From: Candidatus Hydrogenedentota bacterium
Lineage (GTDB): Bacteria > Hydrogenedentota > Hydrogenedentia > Hydrogenedentales > SLHB01
Direction: 5' to 3'
Assembly: GCA_045863295.1 (NCBI GenBank)
Contig: BTWA01000022.1
Coordinates: 36,366-100,365 of the forward strand
Length of the DNA: 64,000 nt
Shown: positions 39,430-46,832 of the stretch, one piece after another
Numbering within the stretch: the stretch's first letter is position 1
Layout: each line of letters begins with the position of its first letter
Made by a program: the position numbers and the translations under genes
The notes under the pieces: generated by a model
The model's database searches: none
What the model was told of the DNA's origin: nothing
What the model saw: only the letters and a program-made list of their open reading frames with translations

Positions 39430-39933
39430 TCAGTTCACCCGTATATGATAGGTCACCTCGACTTCCGGCGTGGGATTGTCCGGATCGTTCGGTCCTCCGC
39501 GAAACCACGATACGTCGTATCCGATGGTCACGTCTCTTGCAACAAAAATGAAATCATACCGCGTGGCGTTCGGCTCGATCTTGGAGGATCCCCCCTTCGC
39601 AATCATATCGGGAATGGCGTCGTAATCGATCTTCGACTTCACGAAATCCCCATACCGAGTAAATATCTCCCAGAGGAAAACATCGTGATCGACTTTTCCC
39701 CCTACTTTCTCGACGTAATCCTTCATCGAAACGAGAAAACTTCCTTTGGTGAAGTAAGACTCGCGCGGATCGATCGTTTCCGTGTCGCCGGTTGATTCCG
39801 CAAAATCAGGACCCGCCGCAATCTGCTGCGCGCCCAAAACGATCGCCTCCCGGTTGGCAAGCCCGCCGTAGCAGCCGCCAATCGCGATCGAAACCAATAC
39901 CATGGCGCCAACGCAAGAAATTCGATTGATCAT
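39430..39933 (-). CDS. Orphan lipoprotein
   Basis: Signal peptide with lipobox IGGC; GGAAGAG RBS-like sequence; 167 aa. Confidence 0.65.
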   Translation of the reverse strand: MINRISCVGAMVLVSIAIGGCYGGLANREAIVLGAQQIAAGPDFAESTGDTETIDPRESYFTKGSFLVSMKDYVEKVGGKVDHDVFLWEIFTRYGDFVKSKIDYDAIPDMIAKGGSSKIEPNATRYDFIFVARDVTIGYDVSWFRGGPNDPDNPTPEVEVTYHIRVN

Positions 39934-40030
39934 CGGTTCATTCTCTTCCCTGTTCCAACCCGAAGCGGTAAATACAATGACCCGTGCCCCAAATTCCAGT
40001 CCTTAGTCTCTGGACCTGCTCAAGGTCTCT

Positions 40031-40060
40031 TCCTCTCAAAATCTGCGCTCATCTGCGGAC
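40031..40060. repeat. ATCTGCG-type short repeat cluster
   Basis: TCCTCTCAAAATCTGCGCTCATCTGCGGAC. Confidence 0.75.
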
Positions 40061-40522
40061 GAATTCTTTCCCCTGGCTCGTTGCGGCAGGGTATCCCGGC
40101 CGGTTGGTTCGCCGTCGACCGGAATAGGGGAAAATAGATAAAAATTACCTCGTTAATCCCGCAATACCTAAAAGAACCCTCGTCGCAATTGTACCGTTTT
40201 TGGACGTGCAACATCGTGGCGAGATGAGCAAACCTTCCGATCCCAGCACTGGACGAGGCAATGCTGTAACGGTCCGGGCAGTCCGCTCTCGCGCCTCCGG
40301 CCAGCAGGCAAACTCCACCCGGCCAACGGATCTCCGGTGTAACACGACGTGCAAGAATGAATGGCGATGGCTTTAAGCGCCGGCGGCGCGCCGCCGGACA
40401 GGTGCGGACCGGCGGAACAACAGGCCTGCGCCCCATTGCAGCCCAGCCTGTCCCCATGTACACTCAAGATACGGATGCTGCCAAGAAATGCATCAGGCAT
40501 TTCATTCAAAGGAGAATCAGAC

Positions 40523-40648
40523 ATGGGCGACACAGGCAAGAAAGACAAAGGCAAGCGGGAACAACAAAAAAAGGCCGCGCACACGCCCAAGGAAAAGCGC
40601 AAAATCAAAAACGACAAAAAGAAACAAAAAGCCCCCGGCGTCGTGTGA
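40523..40648 (+). CDS. 41-aa lysine-rich small protein
   Basis: AAAGGAGA RBS 7 nt before ATG; MGDTGKKDKGKREQQKKAAHTPKEKRKIKNDKKKQKAPGVV. Confidence 0.7.
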   Translation: MGDTGKKDKGKREQQKKAAHTPKEKRKIKNDKKKQKAPGVV

Positions 40649-41130
40649 CAAAATCGCTAGGCGAGGAACTATAGGGACGCGAAATAGAGTCCTAGCTACG
40701 TGTATTTGGGGAAATAAGGGGCCTGCGACGTAGAAAGGGAATCACCGCCTCCACCGAAACGATCTATACCCCCAAATCAACAAGTGCGTAAATCGCGCAA
40801 ATCCATCATATACCCTTGTTCCAATCCGCTAAGGAAATGCAACAGAAAAGCCATATTATAGAGACATAGTCCGTTCGCGATATCGTTGGCACGAGACGCA
40901 CACCCCGAAATGAACGGCATTGTCTGACCAACCAGGAACACCGGGAAAGCGAATACCGTGAGGTTCAAGACGACAGCCGGAACCGGCGCTCCAGTACCGC
41001 CGCGAATGCTTCGGGCAATCCGCGAACTTCGAGGGCGGATATGATTGCACGTGCAATAATGCCGCTGGCGTTCGGCGCGATCTTGGACGTGTAACGCCCC
41101 GGCTGCTACGCTGCTTCGGGAGAAATCACC

Positions 41131-41949
41131 ATGGTTGGATTGTGCCTTTCATTCATCCTGGCCGCGCAGGGCATCGATGTATCCGATCCGGTCAAAGGCC
41201 CGGACGGCATACTCCGCTATACCGTGATGAGTCCCTATCAGGCCGCGCCCACGGTGCTCGAAGTGCTGCTGCCCGACGAACCCAAACCGGAGGATCGGTT
41301 CCCCGCGCTGTACATTCTGCCCGTGAACGACGGCATCGACGGGCCATGGGGCAACGGCGTACAGGAAGCCAGGCGTCACAATGTCCACAACAAGCACCGC
41401 GTTATTTGCGTCTCGCCGGAGTATGATTTCACGCCATGGTACGGCGACCATCCCACCGATCCCGCCTTGCGCCAGGAGGGGTATCTGCTCCAGGTCGTCA
41501 TCCCCGCCGTCGAGGCGCGGCATCCCGTTGTCGCGGGAAAAGACGGCCGCTTGTTGATTGGCTTCAGCAAGTCCGGTTTCGGCGCATTGACCGTCTTGCT
41601 GCGCCACCTCGACGTCATCGGCAAAGCCGCCGTGTGGGATGCGCCCCTGACCAGTCCCCGCATCCTGCCCGGCGAAGAACACATGCTCCGCGTCTTCGTC
41701 ACCGACGAAAACTACACGGCGTACTACATCCCCGGCCTGATCGACGAACATGCCAAAGTCTTGCGCGCGAATCCGGACCGCATCGTGCTGGGCAACAACG
41801 GCGGCATGTCAAAGGACGTCCGGGCCGTGCACGAACAACTCGATTCGCTGTCAATTACACATGCCTATCTCGAAGACGATCGCCGCGAACACGATTGGCG
41901 CAGCGGCTGGTTCCCCATCGTGGCCGCCCGGCTCTTCCCCGCCAGGTGA
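41131..41949 (+). CDS. Secreted alpha/beta-hydrolase-fold (esterase-like) protein
   Basis: Signal peptide, GFSKSG nucleophile elbow, C-terminal EHDWRSGW histidine motif. Confidence 0.8.
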   Translation: MVGLCLSFILAAQGIDVSDPVKGPDGILRYTVMSPYQAAPTVLEVLLPDEPKPEDRFPALYILPVNDGIDGPWGNGVQEARRHNVHNKHRVICVSPEYDFTPWYGDHPTDPALRQEGYLLQVVIPAVEARHPVVAGKDGRLLIGFSKSGFGALTVLLRHLDVIGKAAVWDAPLTSPRILPGEEHMLRVFVTDENYTAYYIPGLIDEHAKVLRANPDRIVLGNNGGMSKDVRAVHEQLDSLSITHAYLEDDRREHDWRSGWFPIVAARLFPAR

Positions 41950-41995
41950 CTGCCGTCGCCGGTTTTCGCTTCCACAGGATCGGCGCGTTGCGACC

Positions 41996-42119
41996 CTACG
42001 GCCTGCAACCCAACACCGCATGCAGCCAACCCGGCGTGCCCCGCTTATCCTTCACCACACGCACCTCGCACTGGAAGGTGTCGCCCAAGGCCTGCCGCTT
42101 CGACGTCTCCGCGCGCCAC
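41996..42119 (-). pseudogene. imuA: 3' remnant of a second imuA copy
   Basis: RAETSKRQALGDTFQCEVRVVKDKRGTPGWLHAVLGCRP* versus RAETSKRGMSGDTFHCEVRVVKDKRGTPGWRHGTLACRP* in the intact gene. Confidence 0.9.
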
Positions 42120-42127
42120 TCCGCCCA

Positions 42128-42201
42128 CTTGTCGTGTCGGCGTTTCCCCACTGAGACTGCACTCTGTCGTCCCTGACACGCCGTAGTACAAAATGATCTC
42201 A
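42128..42201. repeat. Third, degenerate copy of the RAYT-flanking REP
   Basis: GTCGTGTCGGCGTTTCCCCACTGAGACTGCACTCTGTCGTCCCTGACACG..ACAAAATGATCTC aligns with 38235-38309. Confidence 0.7.
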
Positions 42202-42371
42202 TCCCCGCGCCCTTCGGCGTTCATAGCGTTCTCAGTAACTCGGGCAGGAATACCCGATCCAGGGTGACCGATCCGCGCTTGCGTCAAAATCCCCATTGAC
42301 AGAGCAGCCGATCAGGTTCACGATTAAGGTGTCAGGGTACTTCGCCGGTTGTTCGGTGGAGGCCTTGCCGG

Positions 42372-43622
42372 ATGGCCCGCGCGTTGTACAGCAACCCGGG
42401 CCCGTGCGCTCAGGGGAATCCCGGGGGAAACGGATTTCCTGTGGCGCGGGGGAGTCTGATGATGGGCGCTTTCTCGCCGGTTCAAAACCGATCTCGCGCA
42501 GGCCGTTCGGCGGTGTTCCTGGTGGTTGTGTGGATGGTCGCCCTTTCAGTGTCCGGCTGCACCGCGATCAACATTATCGATCGCGGTGTGTGGAGCGGCG
42601 ACAACGCTTCGGTGATGCTGGTGCATGTGCAGGGTCAGGTGCCGATGAGCCTATTGGAAAGTTCGGTCGGCACCATTGACGATCAGATGGACTTCATCAC
42701 GGCCATTGTTGTGCTCGGTCTTTTCTCGCGAGGCAACCTTGTGTGGGACGAACTCCTTCCGGATCTTTCTACCGCGGGCACCTTGCTGCGCCAGGCCGGC
42801 AACGTCGAAAGCGGCGGCTTCTGGGATATTCAGGCGAACTACTACCTGCGCGCGCGGCACAGGGCCGTGGGAATGGGGTTCACCACATTCCAGTTTGATG
42901 ACGGCGCCACCATGGACCTGCCGACGGCGTGCATGGTCGATCTGGATCGCGATGTGCGCATCAACCTCGTGCCGCCCCCAGCAGTGATTGCAAGCCAGAT
43001 GAATGCCAAAAGCCCAATTACGAACATAACAGGCGCGATTGAGGCCATTCCCTCTCCCGACGGGGCAACCATCGGCGTGATATCGTACGTCGAAGACTGG
43101 GAGGCCGTGGAGTGGACGTTCTTCATCAGCTTCTTTGATTCGGCCACGGGCGCGCACATCAAGACGGTGAATCTCGAAACGATCACCGCGCCCAACTACC
43201 CCGCGCCGTTGATGCCGCCGAATTACACGCCGCCCGATGACGAGGACGACGAGCCCGTCATGGAACTGGATCAATCCATTTCCTTTTTCCTGTGGCGCAA
43301 GGATGCCTCAGGGGTGTTTGTACTGGATGTGGCCTGTTCCGAAGAGGGCTGCTCCGCTACGCCGGATCACGCGTGGTTCATCCCCGTCGATCCGAATATG
43401 GCGGCATCCAATGTGACTGAAGTCCCCGCGCGCGCGGTGCCCACACGCGGCGGCCGCATCTCCGATACGGGACTCGAAGTGGTGGCCATAGGCGGCGGCG
43501 AATACGGCATTGACCAGCACCCGGAGTTCGTCCAGCATCCGAATTGGGTGGCCTTCGACGCCATACCCGCCATTCCGATCGCACAGGTCGACTACATCGC
43601 CGACAGCTTTACGCTATATTAG
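42372..43622 (+). CDS. Orphan lipoprotein-like hypothetical protein
   Basis: Long ORF; hydrophobic segment ending in lipobox-like VSGC; true start probably later (about 42459). Confidence 0.65.
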   Translation: MARALYSNPGPCAQGNPGGNGFPVARGSLMMGAFSPVQNRSRAGRSAVFLVVVWMVALSVSGCTAINIIDRGVWSGDNASVMLVHVQGQVPMSLLESSVGTIDDQMDFITAIVVLGLFSRGNLVWDELLPDLSTAGTLLRQAGNVESGGFWDIQANYYLRARHRAVGMGFTTFQFDDGATMDLPTACMVDLDRDVRINLVPPPAVIASQMNAKSPITNITGAIEAIPSPDGATIGVISYVEDWEAVEWTFFISFFDSATGAHIKTVNLETITAPNYPAPLMPPNYTPPDDEDDEPVMELDQSISFFLWRKDASGVFVLDVACSEEGCSATPDHAWFIPVDPNMAASNVTEVPARAVPTRGGRISDTGLEVVAIGGGEYGIDQHPEFVQHPNWVAFDAIPAIPIAQVDYIADSFTLY

Positions 43623-43798
43623 GCTGGAAGAAGGAAGGAGGGTGCGGCCAGGACATGGGTAACGGAGTGAAAATCGACTAAGAAAGCAGTAGGCAGAATT
43701 GAAACCCATACCTCTTCTACACCGGCCGCCGGTGCAGGCCACGTCTTCACACGTTCTCACCTTCTCACAAACTCGGGCACGCCCGCCCGAGCCACGGT

Positions 43799-44443
43799 TT
43801 ACGGCCGGCAGGCCAACGTCCCGTGCCGCCACCCCGGCGTGCCCCGCTTGTCCTTCACCACACGCACCTCGCAGTGAAACGTGTCCCCGCTCATGCCCCG
43901 CTTCGATGTCTCCGCCCGGATCGAGGCAAACGCCCCCGCCGCCCCCGGCCCATGCCGCGTGTCGTACCGCGCAATCACAATGATCGCCGCGTGGTGTTTC
44001 TTCGCCAGCCCCACCAGCCGCGTCTGCACCGGCAGCGGCAACGCCCCGCCTTCTCCCAGATCAATCACGACCGCCGCAAACGCCCCCGACCGCACCAGCT
44101 TGTCCGCCGCGCGCGCCATCTTCTCCACCCCCGTCACGCGCACCACGGGCAGCGCCCGCAGATCCACCCCCGCCGCCGCCAGGTCCGGCGGGAAAAAGCA
44201 TGAGGACTGCCCGCCGACCCACGCCGCCCATTGGCCTTGCGCATGGACCTCCGCCAACAGCCCCGCGCACACCGTCAACGCCGCCGTATCCGCCCCGCCC
44301 GTGATCTCCACGAAGCGCCCCGCCAGCGTGGCCAGGGTCCATGCCGGGGCCGTCTGTATCCGGGATAGCGCCCCGGGGTGCATGCGTTGATGCGCCAGAT
44401 TCATACACCGCTCCCGATCCGCCGGCCCGTCATCCGCGCGCAA
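43799..44443 (-). CDS. imuA: ImuA, RecA-like mutasome accessory protein
   Basis: WTLATLAGRFVEITG, AAWVG..SCFFPPDLAAAGVDL, LVRSGAFAAVVIDL (RecA-like core with degenerate Walker A); SOS box upstream; start 44443 or 44404. Confidence 0.88.
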   Translation of the reverse strand: MRADDGPADRERCMNLAHQRMHPGALSRIQTAPAWTLATLAGRFVEITGGADTAALTVCAGLLAEVHAQGQWAAWVGGQSSCFFPPDLAAAGVDLRALPVVRVTGVEKMARAADKLVRSGAFAAVVIDLGEGGALPLPVQTRLVGLAKKHHAAIIVIARYDTRHGPGAAGAFASIRAETSKRGMSGDTFHCEVRVVKDKRGTPGWRHGTLACRP

Positions 44444-44500
44444 ACGGGGTCCGCCTCCCGGTCTTTACGCCCATGCCCAAGCCGCGTCTACCTTCAATTC

Positions 44501-44529
44501 ATAATACTGTACTTTTATTCAGGTATCAA
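44501..44529 (-). promoter_or_regulatory. Sigma70 promoter with LexA (SOS) box upstream of imuA
   Basis: Minus strand TTGATA-17 bp-TATTAT; spacer holds CTGTACTTTTATTCAG (44507-44522). Confidence 0.85.
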
Positions 44530-44575
44530 CTCCAAGCATTGACCTCGTGCATCAAAGTGGAGGTCAGTGTGATAA

Positions 44576-44661
44576 AGTCCCGGAGGGGCTCAATGTGAAT
44601 AAACCCCGGCGCAAAGCCGGGGGTAAAAGGAAACCAACAATTCGGCCCTGGAGGGGCCGAA
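44576..44661. repeat. REP-like triple-hairpin element
   Basis: AGTCCCGGAGGGGCT, CCCCGGC-GCAAA-GCCGGGG and TTCGGCCCTGGAGGGGCCGAA. Confidence 0.65.
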
Positions 44662-44689
44662 CCAAAAACGTGATTCAGCCGCCGCGCCG

Positions 44690-46471
44690 TTATCGCCGCG
44701 TTATCAGCACCGCCCAATCCTCGCCCGCATCTCCCGGCGGCGCCCCAAGTGCAACAGAACCGCCTCCTATAATAGAGGACGTCTCCCCAGCGAACTCGCC
44801 GGTGCGCGGGTTGTACCAGCGTTGGGTGAACTCCCCTTCGACACCGCTGAAGCCGAGCGTGCCGGTCTGAGCGGTGTCCGGAAGATAGAGAGCGTAAACC
44901 TCGCCATGCTTCGCGAACACCTGTCCGGTCACGGTGTTGTTCGTGCCGGTGTATTCGCTTTCGCCCGCGAGGAGCTCCGGCATCGGTTCCATTTCCCAGA
45001 AGGGCAGCGCCTCAAGAAATGCCCGGGCGTTGGCCATGTCGCGCCAGTGCCGCTCGTAATGACGAAAATTCTCGGTCTTCAATAACGCGTCGAGAATGTA
45101 TTCGAGGGTGCCGCCGGAGAGGTAAATCGGCCAAGTGTACTCGCGCCGGTGCCGCTCGGCATTGTCCGCATGGGCCTTGTCCGGAAAGAACTCGTCCATG
45201 CCAATCACCTGCGGGAATCCGCCCTCGCGCGATTGCGCGCGCCACCGCGCCACCACGCCGATGTCTTCTGTTTGAAACGACGTCACCGCAAACCGCTTGT
45301 CCGCGAGAAACGGCGTCCATGCTTTTTCCACCGTGCTCGCATGGTGAACGGTGACGGGATGATCGTAGGGATCGACGGCGTGCAGGTAATCGGCCCACGC
45401 CTTCACCATGTCGGGATCAAGCTTGAAATGCAGATTGTATTCCTCGCAAAGATTCCATTGCAGCGCGGGAAAATGCCCGAACCGCGCCACGAGTTCGCGG
45501 TAATACAGCTTCCGCTCCACGCCCAACTCGCCTTCATCTAATTCGCGCTTGTTCGCCTCCTCGGCTTCGTTCAAAACGAAATGCAGCATCAACCCCTTGC
45601 GCTGTGCATGCCCGAATACGATCCCCCACTCCCGCAATTTCGCCAAATCGAAATGAAGATTGTCGTTGGCATCGTTGCCCGCCCCGTCGATATCGCCCAG
45701 GTACGGCCACACATCCTTGCCGTCGCCGCCGATGTTCATGGGCAGAAAATAAATGCTGTTCACGTGCTCCGACGCCAGATAGTTCAGCGCGCCGATAATC
45801 CCCTTGCCCGCGCCATCGCGCCAATCGGGATCGCCCTCGCGCCAATCCGCGATATGCGCTTCGTAGGTGTGCCGGCCGCGGGTGTTCGAAAAACCCGCAT
45901 AGGCCAGCAGGTTCTCGGGACTGTCCGTGCCGCCTTTGAGGTAATAATCCCCGTCGCGGAATTTGAGGTAGTGACCGCCCACGTATTCCAGCCGGCCCGA
46001 GGCGTAGAAACCCGAAGCCGAACTGTCTTGCGGCGCGACGGTAAACGTGCCCTCCGCGCCGTCGAATGCGGCCGGGTCCCCCGCGTTCGGATCGAGGTCA
46101 ACCGCCACGGCTTCGCCCTTGCGAAACGACACCTTAAAGCGCCATTCCCCCGTTTCAAAAGGCGCAAAAACTACGCGCCAAACCGATCCCGTGTAGCCGC
46201 CGTTGCCGTCGCCATCGAAATAACCAGGCACGGTGCATTGCGCTCCGGAAGGCGCGGTGAACAACACTTGCAGCCGGTAGCCAAGAAAAGGATTGGGATT
46301 GCTACCGGAAGCTTCAGCGGCCGGCCCTTCAAAATCAAGGGTGACCGGCAGCCATTTTTGCGGCGACGCAGATACGATCGGATCCGCCGAGAGTATGGAA
46401 TTCGCTGCAAGAAGTAATGCAGGCACAAGCAAACAATTCACGCTTAAACTCCCGCGAATCACAGGGCCCAT
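44690..46471 (-). CDS. DUF5060 domain-containing secreted protein (putative glycoside-hydrolase-like TIM barrel)
   Basis: LDFEGP, NPNPFLGYRLQVLFT, VPGYFDGDG, LKGGTDSPENLL, WNLCEE, C-terminal WYNPRTGEF; start 46471 or 46441. Confidence 0.8.
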   Translation of the reverse strand: MGPVIRGSLSVNCLLVPALLLAANSILSADPIVSASPQKWLPVTLDFEGPAAEASGSNPNPFLGYRLQVLFTAPSGAQCTVPGYFDGDGNGGYTGSVWRVVFAPFETGEWRFKVSFRKGEAVAVDLDPNAGDPAAFDGAEGTFTVAPQDSSASGFYASGRLEYVGGHYLKFRDGDYYLKGGTDSPENLLAYAGFSNTRGRHTYEAHIADWREGDPDWRDGAGKGIIGALNYLASEHVNSIYFLPMNIGGDGKDVWPYLGDIDGAGNDANDNLHFDLAKLREWGIVFGHAQRKGLMLHFVLNEAEEANKRELDEGELGVERKLYYRELVARFGHFPALQWNLCEEYNLHFKLDPDMVKAWADYLHAVDPYDHPVTVHHASTVEKAWTPFLADKRFAVTSFQTEDIGVVARWRAQSREGGFPQVIGMDEFFPDKAHADNAERHRREYTWPIYLSGGTLEYILDALLKTENFRHYERHWRDMANARAFLEALPFWEMEPMPELLAGESEYTGTNNTVTGQVFAKHGEVYALYLPDTAQTGTLGFSGVEGEFTQRWYNPRTGEFAGETSSIIGGGSVALGAPPGDAGEDWAVLITRR

Positions 46472-46473
46472 TG

Positions 46474-46539
46474 CGTCATCCCCGCGAAGGCGGGGATCCA
46501 TAAACAGAGATTTGGATTCCCGCTTTCGCGGGAATGACG
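46474..46539. repeat. Palindromic repeat (GTCATCCCCGCGAAGGCGGGGATCCA / TGGATTCCCGCTTTCGCGGGAATGAC)
   Basis: Two inverted hairpin arms; same family as 38638-38723. Confidence 0.88.
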
Positions 46540-46562
46540 AGAAGAGAATGAGTCGCCTTTAG

Positions 46563-46809
46563 CCCGGATATTTCACGACGTCGTCCAATTAACGGTGTGA
46601 CAACAGTTCCACCGCACCATTGTCGAATGTGAAGCAAGTACAGTGTGCACGTGAAATATCCTAAGCGTTACAAGCCCAGACTATTCTGCGTGAGCATTTT
46701 GCACCACGGAGACTGTACTTCAGTCTTCCACGGAGACTGTACTTCAGTCTTCCACGGAGACTGTACTTCAGTCTTCCACGCACCTTTTTAGCGCGGTGCA
46801 AAATGCGGG
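46563..46809. mobile_element. 247-bp MITE-like double-hairpin element, copy 2, TTAG target duplication
   Basis: TTAG directly repeated at 46559-46562 and 46810-46813; same length and layout as 19548-19794; three 24-bp units at 46704-46775. Confidence 0.85.
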
Positions 46810-46832
46810 TTAGTAAGTTGCCCAAAAACCAA

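Noticed and set aside
40060..41100. Riboswitch (c-di-GMP-like GGCAAA) or further genes in the gap around the microprotein
   Set aside because: The second conserved element and stems are missing; the other short ORFs lack RBS and recognisable motifs
36700..43700. Prophage, integron or intact IS as the explanation for the cargo region
   Set aside because: No integrase, phage structural gene, intact transposase or convincing attC site was seen
46472..46501. MDPRLRGDD N-terminus of the DUF5060 ORF
   Set aside because: It is the translation of the palindromic repeat at 46474-46539, not a likely start
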